This document shows, in pieces, positions 46,676 to 60,249 of a stretch of 64,000 nt of DNA. Location of the stretch: assembly GCA_051294905.1 (NCBI GenBank), contig CM119373.1:8184001-8248000 (forward strand), in the 5' to 3' direction. Position numbers and translations under genes: made by a program. The notes beneath the pieces were generated by a model that did not search any database, was not told where the DNA came from, and worked only from the letters and a program-made list of their open reading frames with translations. Source of the stretch: Botryllus schlosseri (Eukaryota). Within the stretch, counting starts at the first letter, position 1. Every line of letters starts with the position of its first letter.

Positions 46676-47229
46676 GTTTTACTATTCAGTTCAGTGAGTG
46701 ACGTTGTTCTCATGTAAAAATACACGATTTTCAGATAAAGTCATATATATTCCAAAAAATAAAGTCATATTATTGAATTTTTAAGGTCATAATAATAGAG
46801 CTCTACTCATTATGTCGTCACACTGCAACCCGTATACCGGGATGTCGTCACACTGCAACCCGTATACCGGGTTTATGATATAACAATGAACAGAGTTCAG
46901 CTTTCATTGATGTTCGAAAATACCACAAAAATATTTTAAAAATCAATTTATTTGAATATTACCCTTGCTTGACTTGGAGTCTAGAGTTTATAATTAAGGG
47001 CGGGGACCAATTCCTCTGCAGTCGAGTAGCGATGCTCTACTCATCAACGAATTCGATCTCACGTCAAAATACTCACTCAAATGCGTTAGGATCTGCACTA
47101 AAATTTAAGTCAGCTCAAGTGCACATTTTCAAACGATAAAAACACTTATTTCAACGATATCTGACAACAGGCTTATCACCAACTTTGTTGATCAGTTCAA
47201 CCACCGCATTGACGGATTGAATGCTTTCT

Positions 47230-47365
47230 TACCCATGATGAAAATGTTTTCAAATCCTATTGCATATAATGTGGCCACCGCCCCTAGCAATTTTCAACTT
47301 GAGTTGCTAGACATGCAGACAGATATCGAGCTCAAGCAATTATTTAAAAGTGAAGACTTGAACGC
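47230..47365 (+). pseudogene. SPIN/GTF2IRD2-type hAT transposase fragment
   Basis: FSNPIAYNVATAPSNFQLELLDMQTDIELKQLF. Confidence 0.6.
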
Positions 47366-47611
47366 AGTGCACATTTGCGTAAATCGTACGCTTCTCACTA
47401 AATTGGCCAAAACGAAGTGATTGCGTCATCGCTGAACGAAAAATGTCGAGCTTCAAGCTGCTTTCGCGCGAAAACAAAAGCAATCAGTCTCTTTTGAGTT
47501 CGCGCTTCGCACCGGAGACAGCATTCTGTACTGGAAAACTTATACTTTCATTGAAAAGCATCAGTATCGTACGTAGGAAGGATGATTCGGCTGGGGCAAG
47601 CAGCCAAACTA

Positions 47612-47880
47612 AAATGGACCTGTTAGCTTTGATTTACTTGGCTCTGAAGGATGAAAGGAGGAAGAGACGGGCATGTTGGCTTCACCCCATTCTTCAGAGA
47701 AGGGATCAACTTGAAGAGGACAGGCTAACGCAGGAAATGAGATGTGAAAGACTCCTTCCGATGTTTCCGCATGCCGAGAAGTTTGAACAGATTCTGACAA
47801 TTGTTGGCCCGCTCATTTCGAAGCAGACGACAGTGATCAGCAAACCGATTCCTCCGAATGAACGAATCACAATGACATGT
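47612..47880 (+). pseudogene. Harbinger transposase N-terminal fragment
   Basis: CWLHPILQRR..FEQILTIVGPLISKQTT..PIPPNER. Confidence 0.7.
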
Positions 47881-50800
47881 CAAAACGATTTCCAAACTTC
47901 ACTGTACGATTTATTGTACATTGTATTATGAGACCATCGCTATTCGTCCGGAACAGGATGAAATAGCCCGAAGCCATTTATCAGGCTATTCGTCCGGAAC
48001 TGTGTAACGTAACTATTCGGGATAAATGTTTCGTGTAATGTAATTATGTAAAACCAGGATCGTGACGTGACCGACGAACTCTGACTGGTAATCAATTTCT
48101 CCGTGCACGTTATACTTGATATGTCCGATGACACAATAAATAAAGATAGCAAGTTTGCCTCTTATGAGGGATTTGAGTGTGTAGCGGCACACCATCAGAT
48201 AAACAAATATGTTCAATTGTGCAACTCTACAAGAGAGATTCGCGTACGATGGACGCTTCGGAAAAGGGACAACTCAGCGTAACTTCACCGTACGGCGAAG
48301 GGAATCACTTCGCATTGTATTAACGGCAGTCGCCTATTTCTAAAATGAAAATCCAAGGGTTGCCGACCTAATCAATAGTGAGTATATCTCGCTGTTTGCT
48401 ATACGTTACCATCTCGCTATTTTTGCTGTGAAGAAAACACTACATGACCTCCTCCCCATCACCACACAACATAGAACTTAAAAATACTACAGACGAATTT
48501 AATGAGCCTAAAACCCTATTTCACAACACATACTCTGGATTCCACTCTGTCAAATATCTTGGGTTAAAGCCCCGGGGCTTTATACCCCACCCAGCAATTT
48601 CGATCCCCCAGTAAATTCAAAAACGAAGTCACCCATTCCATACTTAGCTTGCTTTTAAAAAATAACCCCACTCCACTTCCACTTTCAAACAAATTCAATT
48701 CGGTCATATCAAAAGTACATTCGCAGTATACTACTTACTAGCCGTGTTAGTGATGTCATACTGAATACCTTAGATAAATTTGGGGAATATGAATTACACA
48801 CCAACCAAATTGGAAATACTTATTACTATGTCAGATAAAAATTTAAGTTTCTGCATGAATTCGACCAATTTGTATATTAATAAATCTCTTCGGCAAGTAG
48901 GACAAAACATCTACTCACCCATTAACCTAAATTTGGAAACGATATTATATAGGGCCCTCTGTGATAGGAATACTACTATCACTGTGAAACATGCAGAAAT
49001 CCTGTGACCATTAATCGTCGCTTCTTCAGAACTCAAAGAAAACTCCCACATCCCTTTATTGGGGACTGGGAACTTTCAACGCTAAGCATGAACCAAAACT
49101 TAAACGCAGACCTATCATTTCGGCTCATTCGTTGATCACAGTAGAATCCGGTAAACATTTGGGCACTATCCTGACAGAGTGGAAGAATAACTACATCGAA
49201 CACCCTGACAGCATAGGCATTACATCCACGATCGTCGATTGTTCAGAACAATGCCAATTTTCAGATTTTATGGGCTTTTTCGGGGTGGTTCAATAGAGAG
49301 TGTCGACTGCTTGCCCACATTTGGCGCTAGTGAGCTCATGAGGCCTTGGCAACGGGACGCCGGGTTACATTTGCTTTACTATATATAGTATACGATACCT
49401 CATCCATCCAACGGTTGTAACAATATTCCAGCACGTAAATTAGTGAAAATAAACAGTATGTCGGATTTTTTTGTAATAATAAATATAATAGCAACTGTTT
49501 GTAATGCCAGGATGTCGGATGTCGGTTTATGGTAGTTTAAGGGTGGATTGCATAGATGTCGATTAATACGTAATCGCCGATTAAACGTCAGTAATCGGCT
49601 GGCTTCCCTTGCACAGATGACGATTAGGCACTAATCGATGAATTTTAATCGGCCAAATGTTATCCGCCGAGCGAGGTGTCTAGAAAGTTAATCGGCTGTG
49701 TGCTTCGCGGCGACTGCTGTCGGGGCTGGCTATAGGTACATTGGTATTTCGTATGGAGATGGTGTTAAGTGGATGTTCTGACGTGCAGTTGCGGTATTAG
49801 CTGAATATATTGTTCTCTGACACTACTACAACAACTGTTGGACTGTTTGTGCATATTATAAGCGTGGGCCTACCACAGCCGATAGTACCTTATGCTGTGA
49901 TTACCGGTATGGTATTTTTTACAGACTGTACAGAATTCGATAGTATACTTTGTCAGTAAATATGAGGACGGAAAATTTCAACAGACAAGAAAAGTTTAGA
50001 ATAATTGAATTAATAGAATAATATATTGAAACCATGGAAAACAAAAAGACAGATGGCAAAACAACAAAACAAAAGATGTTGCCTGGGATGTAATCAGTAA
50101 GAAAAATTGGCCAAATCCAGAATGTATGGAAAAGTTTGGAAACAAAAAGCAAAAAAGATATACGCATCACGACGCGTCGAACGAGCAAAAGCTGGCGGCG
50201 GCCCACCGCTACCTTCAGTTGATGACCTTTATGGAAAAAAGTTTCGGTAGGTAACATTACAAGCAATTCTTTAAAATTTGCAGTTGTTGATGTATTGTTT
50301 CCATCTGTGTTTATCGTGACTCTCGGCGTGCTTCATATTCGCATTTCAACGCTCGTTTCGAACTGAATAGACAAATTTTGATGACTATGGACAACATGAA
50401 TTCATTGTCTTTTTGTAATTCCCAACAAACTAATCATATCCAGAGTCTGCTGCACATTAGCTATACGAAAATGACACATGGGGAACACTGCTCAGCATAT
50501 TCGACTGTGAACCGCTCCTTGATTAATCTGCAATTGTTTTTCATAACACTGGTATATTTATTATCACTTTTCAGACCATATTCCATCTCAAATTGAATGT
50601 CTGAAACATCCGTATGACGACGATACCGTATTGGATCTACAAAAACAACGGTGAGTACATTTAGGACATCAACTTTTTTAATATGTTGCAACCAACGGCA
50701 GAGGAACTTGCATCCTATTTTAATTTGAAACAGTCTGGCTTTGCTATGCTACTGTGCAGGCGCCTGAGCCATATCATTTACCATATTATTGTTAGGCTTG

Positions 50801-52888
50801 CAACTTGAATTGGAAATTTGAATTTGAGTCAGGATTTCTCATATATCACATTGAAGAAGTGACTGGAGTCAAATCAATTCATCCCATTCGAAACAGGTAA
50901 TTTTGACCCGAGTCAAGTCATGATTTTAGTCATTCATCCTTCCTCGCGAGGTTAAGATGAAAAAATAATTTGAAAGTAACTTTTCTAATGTATGTCTAAC
51001 TAAAATTTTTATTCAGATGCATATTCCAAAGACTCAGTTTGCACCTTCATCATCGACGAGGATGTGAGCGCAGAGGCTGGTTCTTCATGTCACAACAGCG
51101 ATGGTAAGTTGAGGTACTAATTTGAAATCCATATGAATCGTGTTGGTACTAACATAGCCGCACGAATACTTCAAATAGAACATTGTGGGTTGTTTTGATT
51201 GACATTAACATTGCTCTATTGAATTTGAACTCTATTGAATCAATACAACTATTGTTAACCATAGTTTTATTGCAGCAAATGAAATTGCTGCCCTTTTCGT
51301 TGTTGATGGCGATGTGACGCTTCCTTCAGTTCCCTCGACAGACCGGTAAGTGTTAGCATACAATGATGGTGATGCAACCCACAGTTTATTCATTACTACA
51401 TTCAGATATGCAAGATGAAACAGAGAACACAAAAAGCTCAACGCCAATTGTCTCGAAAATGAGAGCCAGGTGTGTTGATGAAAAAAATCATATTTTAACT
51501 ATAATGTTGGTGATCAAAATGTGGTGTTCAGAAATGAGCGTCCTGGAAATGGCAAAGGAGCAGCATGATATCAGAATGAAATATTTTGAATTACAGATGC
51601 ATGTCAAGTACCAGAAACTGGAAATGGAAAAAGAACTGCAAAATTGAGAAAATACAGCAACGAATCGAAATAGCACAAAAACCAGACTTGGACAACTAGT
51701 AAATTGGCTGTATAATTAGAATAGTAAGTGCAAAATGCCAGTAATATAATTCTAACTTAATTTCTGGTTTTGCTGAAAATTCTACAGTAGAACTCTACAA
51801 TACTAAGCGAGTTGTGCAGATTCAATTTCCAAATTTTCACATATGCAGTAATCCCTATTCTAATTTGGGAAAATATGCAGCCATAATTATCATTATAGTC
51901 TAATTTTGAAAAGCTGAATTTCTAGTTGTCCAATTCTGACTACAGCATAGGCTACTGGATCTCGTAATAAAAAATAATTGACGAGCAATTGAATGTGTGG
52001 TTATTGGTCTTCAAACATGAGCTAAATACTCAAGACATTCCAGAGAAGTGATTACATTCCAGAGAAGTGATTTTGAACAATCTGTCTGCGCTGAAGTCGT
52101 GCTCGGTTGTGCCGTCACGTTATCGGTGTCGCTAACCTCCAGGGTATATTCCAATGGATTTGCTCTGCCTTTGACCAATCTTCTTGGCACTCTCTCTTCC
52201 GCTAGGCTCTTTAACATATTGAGGGTAGCAAGAACATTGAGGTATGGATGCATTGTTATTCTCAGTCGATATTGCACTATATTAATGTAGCTCTCTATAA
52301 AACAGGTTGTATTGAATTTTATGGTTGACCAAATTCTTGATAAACTGAAGTGAGGTTTGGCTGTCAACAAACAAGATTACTCAACTAGGTAACAGCAGAT
52401 AAGTTTGCATTGCAAAATTATAACATAAATGCATTACTGTTTGTACAGCACTTGAGCACATTGCACAACAGTTAGATCCTTGCAATGGCTGAAATTTACT
52501 TCTACACTCCTGCAGAGCCAATTGTCATTGGTATGGAGAAATCAAAATCGTATGCAAATGTGTGTGTATGAACTCAATTTGTATATCTTCACATTGGTGA
52601 AGCGGCTAATGCACCAATAAACGGAAAATAAAATTCTCTGGGATATCTAGAACTAGATAGATACTTTTCAGAGTAATGAGATAAATGTCTTGCAATATAC
52701 GAAATTTGTAGTAGAGTTTCTGGCATAGCAATACCGGTATAAGACGATGATTTTGGTACGCTATTCCTACAATACCTCTTTTCATAACCTCAAAACGTTT
52801 GTTCTGACGCGTTCTAGCGTTCATAACCTTACACTGTGAAGTAGCAACAGTCTAGTTAGCTGCTATACGCACATGACATCGTCTAAAC

Positions 52889-55800
52889 CAGTGGTTCCCA
52901 ACCTGGGGGTAAATTACCCCCCGGGGGTAATTTGGCATTTTTGGGGGGGTAAAAAGGGGTCGGATTTTAAGTAAAAAAATAATTGTTGTATTCATTGTTT
53001 TCTTCGTACTTTTGTGAAAAAAAATATAAAAATTCAAAGGTGACTTTCGTCAGTGGGTGTGCACAGCTTTTCCAAACTTCATAATGGCGCCGTCCTATCA
53101 TAGCAATTTACAGCGAAGCCAAAGAGGAAGTCAAAGCACGATGCGATCATAGCAATTTACAGCGTAGCTGGCATGGAGAGTTCCATCTGAATACGATCGA
53201 TGTTGTGGTTTACAGCGACACCTATCGCTAGCGTAATACTTTTTAGCCGTCATTCAGATTTCAGAACAGAGATGTAAACATTAGCCGTACTAACGCTGTC
53301 TTCCGATACTTGTGGAGATCATTTCAATAGTTGCTAAATTAGGATATATAAAAGCAATGTTTTCTTCTGTGTGATGACTGCATCTATTCTGCTGAAGCAG
53401 ATTCCGAGTGTACATTATTCCAACGAGTGGAACCTGCCTGATTTTTTACATTCTGTATATTTATATCCAGTTATTGCAAATACTCCAGAAAGAACATATT
53501 TACAGTGGCCATAATGTGACAACTTGATTGAACAGTGAGCAGTCCGAGCACTTATGTATGAACTACAGACTGACAATATGTGAACCAAGAATGAGTGCAA
53601 ATTTTGCTGACCTAACTATAAAAGTTGAAATTCCAACTGCAACTCCATACGCTGACAGATCAGTGACATCATTTTTCCAAAAATAGTCAAGTAACTTCTT
53701 CTACGATGATATGCGGAGGCTTCTGTGTTATACCGTGTATTTATCGACGGTTGTGTAAATGCGCATTGCGCAACGACGTGAACTACCGTACTGGTATTGG
53801 GATACGCGTTACAGCACGGCTCATCTCCGCTCAGTGGCGTCACAATCATACGAAAAGTTAATCGGCGATTGTCGGCCGGCGACCCCATTGTGTGAAACAA
53901 TGACGATTTAAGACTTTGAAGTCAATTTTCAGAGGGTTTCAGTTCCCGGGCCGGATTTCCACTTATGTTTTTGGAATCAGTGCGAAATTTGCTTTCGATT
54001 GATACCAGTTTCATTTACTTTTGTGCTCTGGTCCCAGCTGGAAGATTACCCAGAAACACACTAAAGCAGGTTGAAGCAGCAGCATCTGTACGCCACCACT
54101 GGAGGCAGTGCAAAACGCAACATTGCTTACGGAGTTTCCATGCCAGCTACGCTGTAAATTGCTATGGTCCTATACTTCTTGAAGTTGTTTTTTTTCCTCC
54201 GTGACTGCTCTCATAGCTCATAGGTCAGTTTATAATTGAGTTTGTTAGAGATTTTATTCTTTGTGTGATAAAAGTTCCTTATTACCACATTACTTCACCT
54301 TAGCATTTGATGCACTCTAATCATCCGCTTTTTACGCTCCTCAGAAGAACTGTCATTATGCCGGGCAAGAAGCGACATTATGCAGAGGCGTTTTTGAATC
54401 ACGGCTTTGTAAACACACCACAACTGAATGGTGACGATCGACCACAGTGTGTCATTTGTCTCAAAGTTTTGACCAACGAAAGCCTAAAGCCGTCAAAACT
54501 GAACGAGCACCTCATGAAGCGTCATCCGCTACTGGCCGGAAAGAGTCGAGGATACTTTGAGGGCAAATCGAAGCAACTTCGAGGCATTCAATTTGGATCA
54601 GGTGGCATGGCTTCGGAGAAGCTAACGGCCGCTGTTGAAGTTTCGTACGAGGTGGCATACCGAATTGCAAAAAGTTCCAAGAACCACACAATCGCAGAAG
54701 ACCTTATTATGCCTTGTACCAAGTTGATCGTTTCCAAAATGTGTGGGGAAGATCAGGCCAAGAAGCTGGAAGGAGTATCAGTCTCGAACACCACAATTCG
54801 AAGAAGGGTTGATGATCTTGCAGCTGACATCCTTGCCCAAGTCGTTGCCGAAGTGAAGGCAAGTCCTCACAAAATGTTTTCTCTCCAGTTCGATGAATCC
54901 ACGGATGTAAGCAGCTGCGCAGTTTTACTCGGATACGTTCGATACATTCACGAGTACTCTGTCAAGGAGGAATTTTTGCTTGCCAAGAACTTGAAGACAA
55001 CAACGAAAGGAGAAGATATCTTCAACCTTGTGAACGATTTCTTGGGCATGCACGGTTTGGAGTGGAACAATGTGCAGCAAATCTCTGTTGACGGCTGTCC
55101 CGCTATGATGGGTGGAAACCGCGGTTTCAGGGGCTTTGTGCAGCGGGAAAACTCGGACATTCATGTGGATCATTGCGCACTGCACCGCTACTCGCTTGCG
55201 TCCAAATCTCTGCCGGAGAGCTTGAAAATAGTGTTCGACCAAGCAGTGAAGGTTGTAAACTTCATAAAAGCGAAGGAGTTGAACAGTCGTCTTTTCAAGG
55301 AACTGTGCAAGGAGATGGGGCAAAAATATGAGGCATTACTGTACCACACAGAGGTGCGATGGCTATCTCGTGGCAAAGTGATCACCCGTTTGTTTGAACT
55401 TCGTGAGGCTGTTGAGATTTTCTTGATAGAAAAGAAGTCGGGCTTGGCCGAATACTTTTCAGACCCCCATTGGATTGCCCAGCTTGGCTACCTGGCCGAT
55501 ATTTTTGTTGAGTTGAACAAAGGGAATCTGTCAATTCAAGGCAAGTGTGTGACTGTGATCCACTCGAAAGAAGCTGTAGCAGCATTTATCGCGAAGATGA
55601 AGTTGTGGATTAAGCGGGTCAACAGAGGTGTACTGGCACAGTTTCCAACGCTCGACATGTATCTCGAAGGCCTGGAGACAGAGAATGAACCCGACTTCAC
55701 AGAGGCGTTGAAAGGGAACATAGCTGACCACTTGGGACAGCTAGTCGAGAAAATGGAAGAATATTTTCCGGATTTGGACACCACTAACATGGGATGGCTA

Positions 55801-56464
55801 ACTGAACCGTTCAGGTGTCTTGACAGCCAAGTGGACGACGATGACTTTCCCGCCAAGGAGGAATTCATCGCCCTCAGAATGAGTGAGGCCTTGAAAATTG
55901 ATTTCAAAGAAAAGAATTTGGATGCATTCTGGATAGAAAGACTTCAGGATGCACCAACATTGGCCACACGGGCATTGAATGTTCTCATCTCCTTTTCGAC
56001 ATCATATCGTTGCGAACAAGGATTTTCGACCATTGTAGGGTTGAAAACCAAAAAGCGGAATCGCCTGGATGTCGAAAACGACGCAAGAATTGCCCTCAGT
56101 ACAACCAAACCCAGAATTGCAAAGCTAGTGGTAGATATGCAAGCTCAACCTTCGCACTGATTGAATATTATCTTTGTCATTCCACGACAGTTGTCTTGGT
56201 GTTTGCTATCCCTTGCTTGCATTTGTTCCTTGGCAACGAACGTCTGCAGCCTTTTTCCACTGATAAACCAATTTATTTCTCTTTCAAACTTGATGTCGCT
56301 TTTTCTCAGGTCGGTCTCTCCCTCAGGTAAAACTCCCATCCTGGACTGGACGATCGTTTTTGAGTGTTTAGTGATGAAACGTGGTTTTGATGGAAGAGGG
56401 GGGTAAAAACCTGTCTGGAAAGTCTGGTTTTGGGTAACGGGGAGAAAAAGGTTGGGAACCACTG
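52889..56464 (+). mobile_element. Buster/Charlie-family hAT transposon
   Basis: Perfect 16-bp TIR CAGTGGTTCCCAACCT and 8-bp TSD GTCTAAAC with central TA (52881-88, 56465-72). Confidence 0.96.
54358..56160 (+). CDS. Intact Buster-type hAT transposase (600 aa)
   Basis: BED-like finger PQCVIC..EHLMKRH, FDESTD, VDGCPAM, HCALH, EVRWLS, CEQGFS. Uninterrupted ORF. Confidence 0.95.
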   Translation: MPGKKRHYAEAFLNHGFVNTPQLNGDDRPQCVICLKVLTNESLKPSKLNEHLMKRHPLLAGKSRGYFEGKSKQLRGIQFGSGGMASEKLTAAVEVSYEVAYRIAKSSKNHTIAEDLIMPCTKLIVSKMCGEDQAKKLEGVSVSNTTIRRRVDDLAADILAQVVAEVKASPHKMFSLQFDESTDVSSCAVLLGYVRYIHEYSVKEEFLLAKNLKTTTKGEDIFNLVNDFLGMHGLEWNNVQQISVDGCPAMMGGNRGFRGFVQRENSDIHVDHCALHRYSLASKSLPESLKIVFDQAVKVVNFIKAKELNSRLFKELCKEMGQKYEALLYHTEVRWLSRGKVITRLFELREAVEIFLIEKKSGLAEYFSDPHWIAQLGYLADIFVELNKGNLSIQGKCVTVIHSKEAVAAFIAKMKLWIKRVNRGVLAQFPTLDMYLEGLETENEPDFTEALKGNIADHLGQLVEKMEEYFPDLDTTNMGWLTEPFRCLDSQVDDDDFPAKEEFIALRMSEALKIDFKEKNLDAFWIERLQDAPTLATRALNVLISFSTSYRCEQGFSTIVGLKTKKRNRLDVENDARIALSTTKPRIAKLVVDMQAQPSH

Positions 56465-56723
56465 GTCTAAACATACATATCTATGAAGAGCGCATCTCTC
56501 CCTTATGACGACACAGTTCATATCGCCACCGACCGAAAACAGCTGATTGCTACCTTACGTCATTTGCGTCGATTTGCGTCAGTAATCCGCGATAAGATAA
56601 CTCACAGGCGAATCCGTATCTGTACCACAGAGTCACCAGGTGACCTTGCTCGCTGATTAAATTATCGCCGATTAAGGCAATCGGTGATTACTTTTTAATC
56701 GACATCTGTGCAATCCACCCTAA

Positions 56724-58616
56724 GTGTGTATCAACTTAAGCAACGATTGAGCGGAAGGGGTGCTTCGACAAGGGGAAGAAAGTCCGATCTTATTGAACGG
56801 TCTGAATATATTTTCTTGAGAGATTCTACATTACTCCGATGACATTCAATTTTATTTTCAGATTGGAAGCGTATGACCGGAATAATGATTTCAGGAAGGA
56901 CATCATGTCGCGGCCAGTAACGAAACACTATTCCATTGATTGGTCAAATACTGGTTTTAGGGAAATATCTTTGTCGTGTCTTGAAATTCTAAGAAAAATC
57001 GTTACGTTTTTGTGCATAGAGCTGTATTTGTTACGGCGGTCGGCGGTAGTAGCGACTACAGAACGGTTCTGGACAACTGTTATAATTTGTTCCGATCCAA
57101 AAGAGTCCTCGCAGCCAGTTATAGTATCGGTGCACAGTCCAAAGTTTTCTTCACTGGTGTAGTTGGAGCTGCGATGAAAAAGAAGGTGTTGAGAATAAGA
57201 TTCAGTCTATTCCTAAATATTGTCATCGTTATAGCTGGGATGTCATTTGTTGTAGGTTTCATACTGCATAAGGCTTCTCGTGGACTGCAAATTGGGTAGT
57301 ATTACAAACGGCGAGTGTGACTGTCCAGCTGGAAGCGGCAATGGCTCTTGCAAGCACTTAGCATGTTGAGCCACTTTTTACACTCGGGTGAATTAATTGG
57401 TACGGAAAGCTGCACCTCTACAATCCAGATGTTCCATCGACCGATTCTTGAGACCGGTAGGCCTATGCTTTATTGCGTATTAACATTTTCTTTTATATCG
57501 AGTAATTCGAATTCTTTGCTCGCTTCAGTATCCCCTGTGAAATGCTCGGAGATGAACAAATTCAATTTTAACTACAAAACCCACGACGATCCAAGACCAT
57601 TCCGTTTCCGCAACAACCAGAGCTATAATGCCTACGTCAGAAGCCAGATAATAAATTTTTGTGGAGCTACATCGATGGATCTGGTTATGCGATATAACTA
57701 CAAGGCTGACTTACAGGCAGCTAGCTGTAAATGACCACGACTACCTGAAAAAAACATTCACCGAATTTTGGGTTGATTCCGTCCTATTGGTATGCACGCC
57801 ATATGAAATTATATTTTTACTGGCGATACGCCAACAACAAATATCCTTCAAGGTTTCCGAAGATGATATAAAGGAAATCGAGAAAAATTTCAGGCATCAA
57901 AACCAATTAAGTTAAGTTTTGGAAGCACCAAAGGAAGTGGCGATTAACCTCGTCCAATTTTGGTGCAATATTCCATGCAACGGAAAGAAAAAACATGAAG
58001 AGCTTTATGGTACAGCTGTTAAATCCGACCGGTAAGCGATTATGTCTGCAGAGGTGATGCGGCGTCATATAAATTTATACTTTGATATCATTACTTGTTA
58101 TATGCCTGTTGGAGAGGTAAACTTTGATTTACATCGAATTTAACAGAATTGCACACCGAGCCAGTGTTGTATGGTAAGGCAATGGAGAATTCTGCTATTG
58201 AAGCATTTGAGAACATCACTCGCCGATCGGTGGAACCGTGCGGACTGTTCGTACACAAACAGTTCAATTTCTTGGGATCAACGCCTGACGGCACCACTGA
58301 CAACGGGAGGGCGTTAGTGGAAGTTAAATGCCCATGGCCGTGCAGAGATTGCAACATAATGCCGCAAAAATTGCCATATCTGGTCCGAGACGACCAAGGC
58401 GGCTTGATGGTAAAATACGGGTGTAATTATTTTTGCCAAGTTATGGGGCAGATGGCCATCACAGGAATCCAGACCTCGTTTTTTGTTGTTTTTTCTCCTC
58501 ACGACGTGTTTATTGAAAAAATATCTTTCGATGAGGCGTTTTGGGAGAATAAATTGTTACCGAAACTGTGTAATTTTTACGAAATGTACCGTGTACATAT
58601 CGCTAAGAGCCTCTAA
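56724..58616 (+). pseudogene. ISL2EU SAP-SWIM-YqaJ exonuclease gene (first codons at 49519-49540, split by the Harbinger)
   Basis: The empty site reads MSVYGSLSVYQLKQRLSGRGASTRGRKSDLIER (SAP). SWIM CDCPAG..CKHL at ~57315. YqaJ motifs TPDG, EVKCP and YFCQVMGQM. Confidence 0.85.
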
Positions 58617-58899
58617 AGATATATTTCATGCTTATTGTTCTTGTTCGAGTTTAGTATGTATATGTGTAATTTTTTATTTTGTATATATATGTATAACTGA
58701 ACAATAAAATGCTGTAACCAATAAAATTGTTGTGATGAAAACATAAATATAGATGATAAAACAATAATGAAATATTAATATCGTTTTGTGTAAAAGCATA
58801 TAGGCCTATTGAATGCGAAACAAGGATAAGTTAAATACTGGTTGAAACGTTACGACGATTCGTCGTCTATAGCGGGAAACAGGTTGATTAGACTGAAAC

Positions 58900-60249
58900 A
58901 GATGAAAATAATCCGTCCAGATAAAATTCGTTTTGAATGTCCCATTTCATTTTGTAGGATCTTAAAACGTTTCGCGTGACCAATCACTCCACATGAATTC
59001 TCTTCGAAGCAATGCAGCGATCGCTGAAAATCTCGTTTTGATGAAAACGGTCACGTCCGCGAAGAGAAGATGGCATCAAAATTTTTACGTCAGCTGGCGC
59101 AAATTTAGAAGTTAGGTCGCTTCTTTCTACAATTTGACGATCTGATGTATTTCCACCGTATGCATCGCTTATGTAGGTGACGAGCCCTCTGGTGGATATA
59201 CCGATCATGCACTTGGCCGTATTTTTGTTTTTGTAAGTCGAAAAAGATGCGGATTGCATTCCTGCATTTTTTGGTCTTTCTATTTCGACTTCCGTCGCAT
59301 CCAATATTATTGCTCGGACATGGGGGAATTTCATTTTAATGTCTTTCGGACAATGTTTATCAACAATTTTCCTACTTGGCCATACATCAATTTCCCTCAG
59401 CTGAAAATACATAAAGTTGATACACGTCGAAATCAAGTTTGACATAGTACTTCGCCCAACTCCAAAGAAAATGGCCAATTCAAAGTCATCTTTGGCCTGG
59501 CGAAGTTTCATTAAAGTCGCTAATAATTCGTTTTGTGGTCCAAGTCGAGATTTGAAATTGAGGAAATGACACGACGGCCCTAAAATATTAAATAATAGCA
59601 TGAAATGATCATAATTATAAAACCCCGTGTAATATTTTATTAAATGGCCCTCTGCAAATAAATGGCCCTCTGCAAATATGCGGCCTATATCGGTAGCCCC
59701 ATTTGAAATTCGGATCGGAATTTGAGCATTGGAAGAAATAGTCGGATGCGTTTCTGTCATCGAATCACTACGGTCATGAATCGTCATCGGACCGTCATCA
59801 AATTCTGCCGATTTTACTTCAACGGTAAATTGAGCCTACGGCACGGCATCATCCTTAACAAGAATTGACGTTGTAATCGGAGACGAATCGGACGCCCTGC
59901 ATATTTCTCCACTGTTCCTGATATGTCTACCATGTTGTTTGCTTCGGTAAGGGAAGACGGAAGGAACAACGGTGTTTCGAAGTGTTTTTCGGAGACCTGT
60001 TTATAAAACAGTCTTAGAAAACAGTAGGATGTATGTCAACGGAACAGGCAATTTACAGTTTGGTACGTAATCTTCTGTTTTGAAATGACTTTCACAGACC
60101 CGTGAGTTTTCACTCGGGGTGAAGAGCTTCCTGAGTGACCCTTCACGTTTTATGGCGATTTGCCACTTCTTGCGGAGTTCATGATCCTTCGGGAACTTGT
60201 GGCCACCTTTTCGGTTTTTGCACATTGGCACACAGCAATAAAAAACCAT
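58900..60249 (-). pseudogene. ISL2EU THAP + HTH + DDE_Tnp_4 transposase, with an internal deletion
   Basis: THAP CCVPMC..RVCESHF (60001-60249). YTGF..LLATLMKLRQ..ILDATEV..TYKNKNTAK..GNTSD..KRIHVE. The expected ADRGF segment is missing. Confidence 0.88.

Larger units (their letters stand above)
49541..56720. mobile_element. Harbinger transposon (decayed; Myb/SANT gene remnant at ~49960-50210)
   Basis: TIR GGGTGGATTGCA(T/C)AGATGTCGATTAA and TAA TSD (49538-40, 56721-23). Remnant reads RTENFNRQEK..ENKKTDGK..AW..RAKAGGGP. A HARBI1-like N-terminus (RVPRRLVKGRANPLE) lies on the minus strand at ~52150-52260. Confidence 0.85.

Noticed and set aside
48480-49020. Possible L1/Tx1 3' fragment on the minus strand
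   Set aside because: Only vague similarity in stop-riddled frames, with no diagnostic motif.
54925-55907. Antisense ORFs over the Buster, P, BEL and Polinton genes
   Set aside because: These are shadow frames of real coding sequence with no independent motifs.
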